From positions 544,001-608,000 of the forward strand of contig OY764216.1 in the NCBI GenBank assembly GCA_963668315.1: a stretch of DNA of 64,000 nucleotides, read 5' to 3'. Shown in pieces: positions 36,292-46,624 of this stretch. Origin of the DNA: Spirochaetia bacterium (lineage in GTDB: Bacteria; Spirochaetota; Spirochaetia; DSM-2461). The position numbers were made by a program, and so were the translations under genes. Every line of letters begins with the position of its first letter. Positions within the stretch are counted from its first letter, which is position 1. The notes below the pieces were generated by a model that saw nothing but the letters and a program-made list of their open reading frames with translations, had not been told where the DNA came from and did not search any database.

Positions 36292-38319
36292 TCAATAATC
36301 ACTATCCAGCGCCATAGGCCGGTAGGCTCTGCCGCTTCCTTTGAAGAATTTGGCAAAGAACTCGTAATAGTTGAGACGGAGGGACTGGATCCCCGCGCTC
36401 AGCCCTTCCAGCGCCGTGACCAGGGCGTTCCCCAGAATCAGCACGACAATTCCCACCAGAGAAACCGCTTCGCCTCCGCCTACCATGACGGCGATACTGT
36501 AAAAGGCGGTCATCAGACTCACGTGGGCAATTCCCAGCCCGGCGACTCTCATAAAGGAGAGAACATTGGAGAGATAGCCGGCATATACCTCCAGAATCTC
36601 CACAACCCCTTCCATGACAGCATCCACGGCTCCGGGCGGTTTTCCGTGGCCATTACCCTTTCTGTGTTCCCTGCGGTGGTGAATCACTTCAGCCACCGGC
36701 TTGACGAAGAGCAGCAGAGTGGGAAAAATCAGTCCGAAAAAGAGCCAGATATCCCCTGGGAGGCTCTGCATGTCGCTGGCGAGAAAGGAGCGGATGATAA
36801 AGAAACCGGCCCCGATAATCCAGATGCCCAGAATTCCGCCCTTGTCCAGAAACAGATGCAGCCAGTCCCGCCGGGCGGCCATATTCACGCAGTTGATCAT
36901 CAGCCCGATCTCCATCACCGCCAGGCCGAACCACAGGGTAATTCCCAGTATGGCCATGATGGACTGGACCGGTCCTCCCGAAACATGGCCGTTTACCACA
37001 TCGTGATAGTTGAACCAGAGGCTGGGTGTCCAGGAAAAACCGAACCAGGAACCGAAAAGGAGCCCGAAAACAAAGGCGCTCGCTCCGCAGTACATCATCA
37101 GGGGCATCAGGGTTTTCACCTCTTTCCCCTCACGCCGGGTGTTCAGGTATCCTATCAGCCCGATAATAAAGACCACCAGTCCCTGGCCGGCGTCGCCGAA
37201 CATGAGACCGAACATGAGAAAATAGGCCACAGCGACAAAGGGGGTGGGATTCAGGGTGCCGTATTTCGGCGTGGCATAATTGGTCACCAGATTCTGAAAG
37301 GGTTTCAGCGCCCGGGGGGACTTGAGGGCGGAAGGAGGCGTCAGATGCTCTTCCCTCTCCGCTTCCCCAGCGTCGTACCACTCGAGATAACACCGCTTTT
37401 CGCAGACCCTGAGGATGGCCTCTTCCAGTTCGTTCTTCCTGTCCGCGGGAAGCCACCCGGAGAAAAGATAGGTCCGGGCGGTACGGCTGAATCTGACCTG
37501 TACTTTATAGTAGAGTTCGCTGGCCCGCAGTTTTTTCCAGAGCTCCAGGAGCCCCTCCTGCTCCTCACCGATAAGTGTGTAGACCTGCGTTTTTTTCTCC
37601 TGCTGCCTGGCCCTGACAGCCTGAATCTGTTCCTGAAGATCGCGGAGAATCCGTTCCTTGGAGTAGGAGTCGTAGGTCAGCCCCTCACCTTCGCGAAAGC
37701 CGACCTGGCCCAGTGAGGCGGAGACCCGGGAATCATCCCGCTTCAGGGAGATAAGCAGATAGAAGTCCGCTTCCTCGCCGGCCTTCATCAGGGAGGTGGG
37801 CATTTCGGCGAGCAGCTTTTCCAGCAGGGGAACCTTATCGCTGTCCATGTAGCCAGTGCGGATCTTCAGGAACGAGTAGACCGATTCATTCTTCGCCAGG
37901 CTGTTCAGATCATCGACCAGCTCCATCTGACGGCGGAGTTCCTCGGTCTTAAGATACTCTTCCTGGAGAAGATGCTGTTCCTCCCGGATCGCTTCCACCC
38001 GGTCCGACACCTTTTTCACGGTCATGTCCGCCTTATCCGGATCCACCAGTTCCAGCGTTTCCAGATCCTCCGCCCGGGGAACGGGCAGTACGGCGCTGGA
38101 AAGGGAAAGCAGATACTCCAGCCGCCTGCGCACTTCGGTGAATTTATCCAGGGAAACACGGGGTTCCACCCTGTCCAGCTTTTTGTCCAGATCCCGGGAG
38201 ATCTCCTTGATGGAGATGAAATCCAGGACGCCCTTTTCCAGAAGCAGCCGGGTCAGCCCGTCCAGATCCTGTTCCAGCACCACGGCGGATAGCTGTTTCA
38301 TGGCCGATGTCATTATCAT
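36292..38319 (-). CDS. ntpI: V/A-type ATPase subunit I
   Basis: GWLP, PTPF, FGLMFGDAGQG, SNVLSFMR, GIAH, IQSLRLNYYEFF. Confidence 0.95.
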   Translation of the reverse strand: MIMTSAMKQLSAVVLEQDLDGLTRLLLEKGVLDFISIKEISRDLDKKLDRVEPRVSLDKFTEVRRRLEYLLSLSSAVLPVPRAEDLETLELVDPDKADMTVKKVSDRVEAIREEQHLLQEEYLKTEELRRQMELVDDLNSLAKNESVYSFLKIRTGYMDSDKVPLLEKLLAEMPTSLMKAGEEADFYLLISLKRDDSRVSASLGQVGFREGEGLTYDSYSKERILRDLQEQIQAVRARQQEKKTQVYTLIGEEQEGLLELWKKLRASELYYKVQVRFSRTARTYLFSGWLPADRKNELEEAILRVCEKRCYLEWYDAGEAEREEHLTPPSALKSPRALKPFQNLVTNYATPKYGTLNPTPFVAVAYFLMFGLMFGDAGQGLVVFIIGLIGYLNTRREGKEVKTLMPLMMYCGASAFVFGLLFGSWFGFSWTPSLWFNYHDVVNGHVSGGPVQSIMAILGITLWFGLAVMEIGLMINCVNMAARRDWLHLFLDKGGILGIWIIGAGFFIIRSFLASDMQSLPGDIWLFFGLIFPTLLLFVKPVAEVIHHRREHRKGNGHGKPPGAVDAVMEGVVEILEVYAGYLSNVLSFMRVAGLGIAHVSLMTAFYSIAVMVGGGEAVSLVGIVVLILGNALVTALEGLSAGIQSLRLNYYEFFAKFFKGSGRAYRPMALDSDY

Positions 38320-39374
38320 AACAGCCCCCTGACCCGCTCCGGAGAGAGGCGGTAATATTTGGCGTTGAGAACCAGCATGAGCCGGGCGATCTCCTTCTTG
38401 GAAAAGTGCACGTAGGCCAGAATGACCCCGATAGAAAAGGGATAGCCCCTCAGGGCTTTACGCGATTCCCCGTCCATGACCGTCTCGTAGGCGGTCTCCA
38501 TGAAGCTCAGGCTGTCCCGGGCGGCGGACGAATCGGTGCTTATGAGGGCGGCGTACTCGGGAAAATACCTCTTGAGCAGCCCGGCATGATCAAATTCCTC
38601 CGCCCCGAGCTCCTCTGTGAGAATCTTTCGGTTCAGCCTCAGTCCCCCGGCGATGAGGGAGGAGAGGATTTTGCCGCTGTCCAGTTCGAAATAGTGCTTG
38701 AGGCGAACCACCGTATTCAGATTGATCAGATCGATCTGGGAGCCGATGGCGGTCCGGGCCGGTTCGCGGTCTTTGCGCGGAAGGGTTTCGATGCTTTTCC
38801 AGAGGGATTCGTAATAAACCTTGTCAAGCTCCAGTTCCACGGGAAAAAGGGAACCCTTCTTAAAGGATTCGCTGGCCCCTCTGGCAACCGGTTCCATATA
38901 GGGCGTTCCCTGAAGCAGAGTGACCACATCGGAGATCTCCTCGGCATTGATCAGACCGTCGATGGGCAGGGAGGACTCGATCTTCTCACGGAAGACATAT
39001 CCCGTGTAGGCGTTGATGTCCCGTCCCCTCACCTTGCGGTCGAACCAGAGCCTGAGCAGATTCTTCAGGTTGTCCACTTCGTAGAAAACCGTCAGTTTCT
39101 GGATAAACGGCTGGAGGGATTTATCCACCCGGGCGTAAAGATCCCGGTACAAATCGACCTCGGTCATATACAGGGCGTTCTCGCAGGTACGGATATCGCC
39201 GGTGTCTTCGTAAAGGTTGACCAGATTATCGTATTTACTGTTTTTCAGAAGGGCCATGGCCGAGGACAGAGATTCACAATCGGCCAGACGATGGAAAAAA
39301 TCGTCTGTCAGAAGCTGACTGAGCCGTCCCCGCAGGCGGGCATTAATATAGGCGTATCGTTTCAGCTCGGACAT
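38316..39374 (-). CDS. ntpC: V/A-type ATPase subunit C (AC39)
   Basis: YAYINARLRG..LL, NLK, TPY, ELDKVYY, IDLINL; start moved to MSELKRY at 39374. Confidence 0.88.
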   Translation of the reverse strand: MSELKRYAYINARLRGRLSQLLTDDFFHRLADCESLSSAMALLKNSKYDNLVNLYEDTGDIRTCENALYMTEVDLYRDLYARVDKSLQPFIQKLTVFYEVDNLKNLLRLWFDRKVRGRDINAYTGYVFREKIESSLPIDGLINAEEISDVVTLLQGTPYMEPVARGASESFKKGSLFPVELELDKVYYESLWKSIETLPRKDREPARTAIGSQIDLINLNTVVRLKHYFELDSGKILSSLIAGGLRLNRKILTEELGAEEFDHAGLLKRYFPEYAALISTDSSAARDSLSFMETAYETVMDGESRKALRGYPFSIGVILAYVHFSKKEIARLMLVLNAKYYRLSPERVRGLL

Positions 39375-39512
39375 AGGATGTATTACTAGTTTGCCACGGA
39401 AACGGCGATATGGCCAGTTTTTTTTTGACGAATCTTTTCCCGGGTCCGGAGATTTCACGAAATAACGGAAAGAACTCTTGACTCTGAATAGATCCGGGGA
39501 TATTCCATATCT

Positions 39513-40025
39513 ATGGGATATCATGAACGGAACGACTATCTTTTATCCTTTGCGGAGGAGATCCGCAAAGCCCGCAGATATGCCGGTTATTCACGGGAGA
39601 AGCTGGCGGAACAGGCAGGAGTCCATCCCAATACCATTGCCTTGGCGGAGAGGGCAGAACGGGACCTGAACATAATAAGCCAGACGAGAATTCTGGCCGC
39701 CCTGGGCTGCCGGAAAGTAAGCCTCTGCGACGGCTGCCTTGATCTGACGTTTTCCGAGGAATGGTGTGAACGGGATGATCTTCTGGCTCTGAATGACTCA
39801 TTCATCATCAGCTGTATCGGGGAGACGCTCCGGCGGAAAAGGAACGCCCTGGGAATGACCCTTGAAGATCTCTCTTCGAAGACCCATCTGCATATTAACA
39901 GTTTATGGAACAGTGAGAACGGACTGGTAATTCCCAAGGGGAATACCCTTTTTAAACTTTATGATGCTCTGGGAATAATTAATGTTCAGGTTGATACAGG
40001 CGGCTCTATGCTTCAGCTGACCTGA
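39513..40025 (+). CDS. Tandem (double) XRE/Cro-C1 helix-turn-helix regulator
   Basis: Two XRE domains: IRKARRYAGYSREKLAEQAGVHPNTI and LRRKRNALGMTLEDLSSKTHLHINSLWNSENG. Confidence 0.85.
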   Translation: MGYHERNDYLLSFAEEIRKARRYAGYSREKLAEQAGVHPNTIALAERAERDLNIISQTRILAALGCRKVSLCDGCLDLTFSEEWCERDDLLALNDSFIISCIGETLRRKRNALGMTLEDLSSKTHLHINSLWNSENGLVIPKGNTLFKLYDALGIINVQVDTGGSMLQLT

Positions 40026-40110
40026 CTTATCACAATATCCTGTGTGGCTAAGACAATTCACCGGGGGTACTCTTTAATTAACCAATTTTTTTTATTAAGG
40101 AGAAACCCCT

Positions 40111-41238
40111 ATGAAAAAGGATTTTTTACTTCCCCTCTTCCTCTCGGCTCTGCTCATTGCATCGTGCGATAATCTTCTGGATAACGAAAATGCCCCCGCC
40201 CCGCCCTGGTCGCCCCAGTATGCGGACAATGTGGTTTTGGTGGATTCCGATCTGTCATCCGTCACGGTCTGGGAAGAGGGCAATGTTTATTACATTGACG
40301 GTCTAATCAGAATGGCCTACGGCGGCACCCTGACGATCCAGCCGGGAGCTATCGTGAAATTTACCCATAATGGATATCTCTGGGCCGAAGCAGGTTCCCG
40401 GATTTACGCCAACGGAACATCGGAAAAACCGATTATCTTCACATCTGCCAATGACTCCTCCACCGGAGGGGATTCCGTTCTTAACGACGGAAACCAGGCG
40501 CCCCTTGCCGGGGACTGGTATAATGTGGAGTTGGAATCGGGATGTATCGGAAACGAATTCCAATATTGCCGGTTCTCCTACGGAGGCAGGGAAAAGACCG
40601 CTGTTCTGAAAATCGATGAGGCGGAAGCCTCCGTGGAATACTGTACTTTCCGGGATAATCTCGGGGGACACCCCTATGACGGAACGGCTCTTGCAGCGGC
40701 GTCACTGGACGCATCGACGGCCGCAGACAATACGGGAATAGCCAACAATACCTTCTACCGGAACTACTGGCCCCTGGCGATAAACTGCCGGATGGGTCTG
40801 AATGACAGCAATACCTTCTCCTTCGACGAGGACGGAGACGCGACGACAGAGGACGAAGTAAATACCCATCAGGGAATATATGTCAATAACGGCAACATAG
40901 ATGATAATATATCGTGGGATGAAACGGAGGTTCCCCTCTGCTTTTTCGGCAACCTGCTGAGATTGACCGCCAATACCACCCTTTCCATCGCTTCGGGAAC
41001 CGTCATAAAATCCAGCAATACCGAATTTCAAATAGAATACGGCGCCCATCTGAATCGGGACGGAGTGATATTCACGTCTTTCCGGGATGATCTAACGGGA
41101 GATACCAACGGCGACGGGAATGCATCGGAAGCGGTCAACGGTGACTGGATCGGAATAGGAATACTGGATAATGACGGCAATATAGATTATGTGGCAAGGG
41201 ATAATGACGGGTCCGTCCGCTATTCTGAAGAGGGCTAG
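40111..41238 (+). CDS. Surface lipoprotein with right-handed beta-helix and acidic repeats
   Basis: Lipobox LIASC; LTIQPGAIVKF, PIIFTS...GDW repeated near the C-terminus with DTNGDG. Confidence 0.75.
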   Translation: MKKDFLLPLFLSALLIASCDNLLDNENAPAPPWSPQYADNVVLVDSDLSSVTVWEEGNVYYIDGLIRMAYGGTLTIQPGAIVKFTHNGYLWAEAGSRIYANGTSEKPIIFTSANDSSTGGDSVLNDGNQAPLAGDWYNVELESGCIGNEFQYCRFSYGGREKTAVLKIDEAEASVEYCTFRDNLGGHPYDGTALAAASLDASTAADNTGIANNTFYRNYWPLAINCRMGLNDSNTFSFDEDGDATTEDEVNTHQGIYVNNGNIDDNISWDETEVPLCFFGNLLRLTANTTLSIASGTVIKSSNTEFQIEYGAHLNRDGVIFTSFRDDLTGDTNGDGNASEAVNGDWIGIGILDNDGNIDYVARDNDGSVRYSEEG

Positions 41239-42369
41239 TCAAAGAGCTTTCAGATAAAGCTCCCGTAAATCCCCTTTCGAAAAGAGAGCCGGATGATTTT
41301 CCATCCCTGCGGCTGAGACTTTCAGGCAGTTCTCCACCATCCAGTCCACATCTTCTTCGAGAACTCCTTCCTGTGAAAGGGATGTCGTCAGACCGATATC
41401 GGCCAAAAGCGCCTTTATCCGCGCCACGCAGTCATGTTCATCCTTGCCGCCGAGAAGCCGGGATATGGCGGCGAACTTTTCGGGGGCTTTATCTATGGAC
41501 GCCTCGAACATCACCGGGGTCAGAGCGGCCAGTCCCCGGCCGTGTACGATGTTTCTTAAACCGCTCGCCGGATGCTCCGCCCCGTGGGGTGCGGTTACCC
41601 CGGCGCTGTTAATAACCATCCCTCCGATGGTACTGGCCAGGGAAAGCTTCTCCCAGGCGGCCCCGTCAGCGTAATCATGATATACTTTCGGAAGCGCTTC
41701 GGCGGCCAGGGCGATTCCTTCAAGGGCAAGAGCCGCCGTCAGGGGCTGGCAGATTTTTGAGAGGTAAGCCTCCATATTATGGCATAGCGCATCAAATCCG
41801 ACGGAAGCGAGGATAGGGCGCGGCATGGTGACCATCAGTTCAGGATCGACAATGGATGCCCTGGCGATAATGGCCGGGCACCTCAGGGATTTCTTATCCT
41901 TCGTTACGGGATGGGAAAGCACGGCGAATCCGTTTCCTTCGCTTCCCGTTCCGCAGGTGGTGGGAACAAGAATAAGGGGAAGCGCCCTGTCGGAGGCTTT
42001 TATCCCGAAAATGTAATCGGAAATGTCCCCCTCGTTCAAGGCGAGAAAGGCGATTCCCTTGGCCGCGTCCATGATGCTTCCGCCGCCCAGTCCGACAACC
42101 ACATCACAACCCTCTTTCACGGCGAGGGCGGCCCCTTCAGAAGCCGTCGTGGTAAGCGGGTTCTGTTCCACCCTGTCGAAAATGACAGAAGCGACACCCG
42201 CCTCATTCAGATAGCCGACGGCACGGTCCAAAAGTCCGCTCTTCTTCGTACTGTTCCTGCCGGTAACGATAAGGGCTTTTCTGCCCTGTCGGGCGGTCCA
42301 TGTTCCCACTTCACGGACGCGGCCGTTGCCGAAAACAATATTTACAGGGAGATGATAATTAAATTTCAT
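41239..42369 (-). CDS. Iron-containing alcohol dehydrogenase
   Basis: GLGGGSIMDAAK, PTTCGTGSE, GFDALCH, H..EH, HGRG. Confidence 0.93.
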   Translation of the reverse strand: MKFNYHLPVNIVFGNGRVREVGTWTARQGRKALIVTGRNSTKKSGLLDRAVGYLNEAGVASVIFDRVEQNPLTTTASEGAALAVKEGCDVVVGLGGGSIMDAAKGIAFLALNEGDISDYIFGIKASDRALPLILVPTTCGTGSEGNGFAVLSHPVTKDKKSLRCPAIIARASIVDPELMVTMPRPILASVGFDALCHNMEAYLSKICQPLTAALALEGIALAAEALPKVYHDYADGAAWEKLSLASTIGGMVINSAGVTAPHGAEHPASGLRNIVHGRGLAALTPVMFEASIDKAPEKFAAISRLLGGKDEHDCVARIKALLADIGLTTSLSQEGVLEEDVDWMVENCLKVSAAGMENHPALFSKGDLRELYLKAL

Positions 42370-42401
42370 GGTTTTTCCTTTCGCTCTTTGTTCCAGTGTT
42401 T

Positions 42402-43820
42402 TTATCGGCGGATATTTTCCAGGCCGAAGTCTTCCGGCAGAGGAGAGTGGTAGAGCTCCGGATTGTTCAGCAGGAACTCTTCCCGGGCATTTTTCAGCAG
42501 TTCAGTTCCATTATGGAAGAGATCCCACAGACTTCCCCCCAGCACTTTTGCGGCGGTCATCATCGCTTTGAAAGCCATGGGTGACCCGGAGGCGGCCGAA
42601 GCCTGCCAGGAGTGGGAGGCCGTACCGATGGGCCATGTGCCCGTGGTGAACTGGGCGGTGGGGGTTATCCGGCTCACGTCTCCCACATCGGTCGATCCGG
42701 CCATGCACATTCCCCGGTCCCGGTTTTCCAGAATATCCCCGTGAAGAAGGGAATCCTTCAGGGAAAGGGGAGCGTACAGGCCCCTCAGGGAACCGGTTTT
42801 CTGCGCCTCGGTATATTCCCGGCTGAGCTCCCGGGCGAACTCTTCGTCGGCCCTGTCAAAGTCGGGAGCGCCGGCTTCCCGTAAATTTTTCAGCAGAAGA
42901 TTCCCCAGAACCTCATTGGGCATCACATCGTAGCAGGCGGCGTCCATCTCGTAGGAGACCGATGTTTCGGTCATAAGGGCGGCGCCTTGGGCGATTTTTA
43001 CCAACCTGTCAAAAATCTCGTCCACCTGGCTTCGCTCGGGAGCCCTCAGATAGTACCAGACCGAAGCGCTGGCCGGGACGATATTGGGCTCCCCTCCCCC
43101 TTCGGTTATGCTGTAATGAAGGCGGGCCGCATCGGGAATATGCTCCCGCAGATAGTTCGCTCCGATGTTCATAAGCTCCACCCCGTCCAGGGCGCTCCGT
43201 CCCGATTCGGGGGAGGCCGCCGCATGGGCCGCCTTGCCGGTAAAATGGAAATGAACCGAATCGAAGGCCAGGAAACGGCAGCCCCACACCGTATTAAGAC
43301 TGGAAGGGTGCCAGGTCAGGCAGGCATCCAGATCGTCGAAAACCCCTTTCCGGGCCATAAGGACTTTACCCGAAAGTCTCTCCTCCGCCGGGCAGCCGTA
43401 AAAGCGGATCGTACCGTCCAGCCCTTCTGCTGCCAGCAGTTCCTTTGCCGCTACAGCTGCCGCAGCGGAAGCCGTTCCCAATAAGTTATGGCCGCAGCCG
43501 TGACCGTATGCCGTTTCGCTGCGGGGCCGGAGACGGGGTTCCCTAGTCTGAGACAGTCCCTTAAGGGCGTCATACTCCCCGGCCACACCGATGCGGGGAT
43601 ACCCCTTTCCGTATTCGGCGATAAAGGCCGTGGGAACACCCTCCACGGGTTTGATGGTAAAACCCTCTCTCTGAAGGGCCTCCTTTAAAAGCCCCGAAGC
43701 GAACTCTTCCCCGTATCCCGGCTCGGGTTTCTCCCAGATTTTATCGGCCAGAGAGAAAAACTCCTTCTTCCGGGAATCCAAATAGGTAAAAAGCTCACTT
43801 TTATTCATCATCATCTCCAT
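42402..43820 (-). CDS. M20 amidohydrolase, AbgB-like
   Basis: GEYDAL, GHGCGHNLLG, GCPAEE, AHAA, GRSALD, ANYLREH, GSTDVGDVS, HSWQ; true start may be a downstream Met (about 43808). Confidence 0.9.
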   Translation of the reverse strand: MEMMMNKSELFTYLDSRKKEFFSLADKIWEKPEPGYGEEFASGLLKEALQREGFTIKPVEGVPTAFIAEYGKGYPRIGVAGEYDALKGLSQTREPRLRPRSETAYGHGCGHNLLGTASAAAAVAAKELLAAEGLDGTIRFYGCPAEERLSGKVLMARKGVFDDLDACLTWHPSSLNTVWGCRFLAFDSVHFHFTGKAAHAAASPESGRSALDGVELMNIGANYLREHIPDAARLHYSITEGGGEPNIVPASASVWYYLRAPERSQVDEIFDRLVKIAQGAALMTETSVSYEMDAACYDVMPNEVLGNLLLKNLREAGAPDFDRADEEFARELSREYTEAQKTGSLRGLYAPLSLKDSLLHGDILENRDRGMCMAGSTDVGDVSRITPTAQFTTGTWPIGTASHSWQASAASGSPMAFKAMMTAAKVLGGSLWDLFHNGTELLKNAREEFLLNNPELYHSPLPEDFGLENIRR

Positions 43821-44808
43821 CGATCATATGGCAGGCCACCCAATGGCCCGGTTCCTTCTCCCTCAGTTCCGGCCGCTTTTCCCGACAGAGGGCGCAGGCT
43901 TTCGGGCAGCGGGTCTGAAAGGCGCATCCCGGAGGGGGAGAAGACGGACTGGGAAGCTCCCCGTTCAGTACGGGGGGGGTATCCCTCCTCTCCCGGTCGA
44001 GGACCGCCTGGGGAATGGCGCTGATCAGCTGCTGCGTATAGGGATGCATGGGATTATCGAACAGACGGTCCGTATCTGTCAACTCGGCTATCCGTCCCAG
44101 GTAGATCACGGCAACCCGGTCACAGATATGACGGACCACCGAAAGGTCATGGGAGATAAACATATAGGAGAGCTCCCTGTCCTTCTGCAAATCCATCAAC
44201 AGGTTCAGGATCTGGGACTGAATGGACACATCCAGGGCGGATACCGGCTCGTCGCAGATTATCAGGTCGGGATTCATAATCAGAGCCCGGGCGATAACGA
44301 TTCTCTGCCTCTGTCCCCCGGAAAACTCATGGGGGTAGCGATCAATCTGGTCCCGGTTCAGCCCCACCTGCTCAAAGATATCGGCCACCTTCTTCTTAAG
44401 CTCCCCCTTGCTGATTTTCTGATGCACCATTAACGCCTCGCCGACGCTGGTTCCCACGGGAATACGCGGATTCAGGGAGGACATGGGATCCTGAAAAATC
44501 ACCTGCATCTTCTTCCGCACCCGGCTGAGCGTACTGCTGTCAGCATTCACCAGGTTCTCCCCCTGAAAGAAAATGGCTCCGTCCGTGGGATTGATAAAGC
44601 GGAGCACCGCATTGCCCAGGGTAGACTTGCCGCAGCCCGATTCGCCTACCACGCCGAAGGTCTCTCCCGCTCGTATATCAAAGGAGACATCGTCAACGGC
44701 ATGAATACGGCCGGTCTCTTTACCCAGAAGTCCGGCCCTGACGGGAAAATGGACCTTAAGATTTCTCACGCTCAGCACGTTTCTCTTACTGCTTATCTGC
44801 TCTTTCAT
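43801..44808 (-). CDS. Peptide ABC transporter ATP-binding protein (DppF-like)
   Basis: [40 protein letters not shown]. Confidence 0.94.
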   Translation of the reverse strand: MKEQISSKRNVLSVRNLKVHFPVRAGLLGKETGRIHAVDDVSFDIRAGETFGVVGESGCGKSTLGNAVLRFINPTDGAIFFQGENLVNADSSTLSRVRKKMQVIFQDPMSSLNPRIPVGTSVGEALMVHQKISKGELKKKVADIFEQVGLNRDQIDRYPHEFSGGQRQRIVIARALIMNPDLIICDEPVSALDVSIQSQILNLLMDLQKDRELSYMFISHDLSVVRHICDRVAVIYLGRIAELTDTDRLFDNPMHPYTQQLISAIPQAVLDRERRDTPPVLNGELPSPSSPPPGCAFQTRCPKACALCREKRPELREKEPGHWVACHMIDGDDDE

Positions 44809-44812
44809 TCCG

Positions 44813-45784
44813 TTATCCCTCACTCTTCCCGCTGTGGTAACAGGCAACCCTATGGTTCCCCTCCCCCACGCCTGTCAAGGGGGGCGCTTCACGGAAACAT
44901 TCGCCCTCTGCGAATTCGCAGCGCGTATTGAACCGGCATCCCACGGGCCAGGCCGAAGGATCGGGTACAATGCCGGGGATCGTATTAAGCTTCTCCTTCC
45001 TCTTTCCCTTCAGTCCGGGGATACTGGCCAGAAGGGCCTTGGTATAGGGATGCTCCGGTTGTGAAAAAAGGGAAGTGATGCTCCCCGATTCCACAATCTT
45101 TCCAGCATACATAACGGCCACATCGTCGGCAACTTCCGCTACCACTCCCATGTCATGGGTTATGATGATGACCGCCGTGCCCGTTTCCCGGGCCAGTTCC
45201 TTAATCAGATGGAGGATCTGGGCCTGAATCGTCACATCCAGGGCGGTGGTCGGCTCATCGGCCAGAAGCACCGCCGGTTTACACACGAGGGCCGTGGCAA
45301 TCATGACCCGCTGACACATTCCCCCGGAAAGCTCGAAGGGATACTGGTTCATCCTCTCTTCCGGATCGGGAATCCCCACCTTCTTCAGAATGGAAACGGC
45401 CTTCTCCCGGGCTTCCTTCTCCGAACAGGAGGAGTGAGACCGGATGGCCTCCATAATCTGCTTTCCCACGGTCATCAGCGGATCCAGGTCGGAGGCCGGC
45501 TCCTGGAAGATAATGGAAATCTCGTTTCCCCGAATCTTCTGCATCTCCTTCTCGCTGAACCCCGAGATCTCCCGGCCCAGCAGTTGCAGGGAGTCGGCTT
45601 CGATAACCGCCTGTCTGGGAAGAAGCCTCATCAGGGAGAGGGCGGTCATACTTTTTCCGCAGCCCGATTCCCCCACCAGGGCCAGAATCTTCCCCTTCTC
45701 CAGAGAAAAGCTGATGGTCTCCACGATGTTCTTGCCGTCTATACTCACGGATAGTTCTCTTACGTCGATGACTGTCTCACTCAT
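44813..45784 (-). CDS. Peptide ABC transporter ATP-binding protein (DppD-like)
   Basis: [33 protein letters not shown]. Confidence 0.94.
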   Translation of the reverse strand: MSETVIDVRELSVSIDGKNIVETISFSLEKGKILALVGESGCGKSMTALSLMRLLPRQAVIEADSLQLLGREISGFSEKEMQKIRGNEISIIFQEPASDLDPLMTVGKQIMEAIRSHSSCSEKEAREKAVSILKKVGIPDPEERMNQYPFELSGGMCQRVMIATALVCKPAVLLADEPTTALDVTIQAQILHLIKELARETGTAVIIITHDMGVVAEVADDVAVMYAGKIVESGSITSLFSQPEHPYTKALLASIPGLKGKRKEKLNTIPGIVPDPSAWPVGCRFNTRCEFAEGECFREAPPLTGVGEGNHRVACYHSGKSEG

Positions 45785-45787
45785 TAC

Positions 45788-46624
45788 TTATCTCCGTATG
45801 CTGTGGGGATCCAGAATATCCCGTAAAAAGTCCCCGATCATGTTGACCGAGAGGACCAGAAAGAAGAGGCAGAACCCGGGAAAGCTGGTGATCCACCAGG
45901 CGATGGAGAGGTAATTTCTCCCCGTACTCAGAATCGCCCCCCAGCTGGGCGTGGGCGGCTGAACCCCCAGTCCCAGAAAGGAGAGGCTGGCCTCGAAAAG
46001 AATCATCAAGCCGAATTCCAGGGTCATCACCACAATCAGGGGAGCGGCGATATTGGGAATGATGTGCCGGATGAAAATGGTCGGCACAGGCACTCCGGCG
46101 AACCGGGCGGCCCGCACATAGGGTTTATCCGCCACGGTCAGGGTCTGGGCATAGGAGACCCGGGCGTAACGGGGCCAGCGTGTAAAACCGAGGACAAATA
46201 TCAGGTTTCCCAGTCCGGGACCGACAACGGCAACCGTCAGAATAGCCAGCAGGATGGGCGGGATGGACAGAACGATATCGACAATCCTCATGATAATCAC
46301 CGCGACCATTCCCTTGTAGTATCCGGCCAGCATTCCCAGCCAGGTCCCGGCGACGGTCGAAACGACCACGGAGAGAAAAGCGACCAGCAGGGAGATGCGC
46401 GTTCCGTAGATGATGCGGCTCAGGAGATCCCGGCCCAGCTCATCGGTCCCCAGAAGATGGATGCCCCCGTCGGTGACCGTTCCCGGAGGCTTCAGCCGAT
46501 GGAGAAGATCCTGCTTTACCGGATCGAAGGGAGCGAAAACCGGCGCGAACAAAGCCGCGACAAGAAAAAACAGGATGATGGCGGCAAATACATAAATCAG
46601 TATATTATTTTTAATCTTGATCAT
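45788..46624 (-). CDS. Peptide ABC transporter permease (DppC-like)
   Basis: HLLGTDELGRD, HIIPN, LSFLGLGVQPP.PSWG, GDFLRD. Confidence 0.94.
   Translation of the reverse strand: MIKIKNNILIYVFAAIILFFLVAALFAPVFAPFDPVKQDLLHRLKPPGTVTDGGIHLLGTDELGRDLLSRIIYGTRISLLVAFLSVVVSTVAGTWLGMLAGYYKGMVAVIIMRIVDIVLSIPPILLAILTVAVVGPGLGNLIFVLGFTRWPRYARVSYAQTLTVADKPYVRAARFAGVPVPTIFIRHIIPNIAAPLIVVMTLEFGLMILFEASLSFLGLGVQPPTPSWGAILSTGRNYLSIAWWITSFPGFCLFFLVLSVNMIGDFLRDILDPHSIRR

Noticed and set aside
39375..39524. N-terminal extension of V-ATPase subunit C in the ORF track
   Set aside because: Family similarity starts at MSELKRYAYINAR; the extension overlaps the divergent XRE gene
40030..40045. NrdR-box-like sequence tcacaatatcctgtgt
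   Set aside because: Single copy with several mismatches and no ribonucleotide reductase gene nearby
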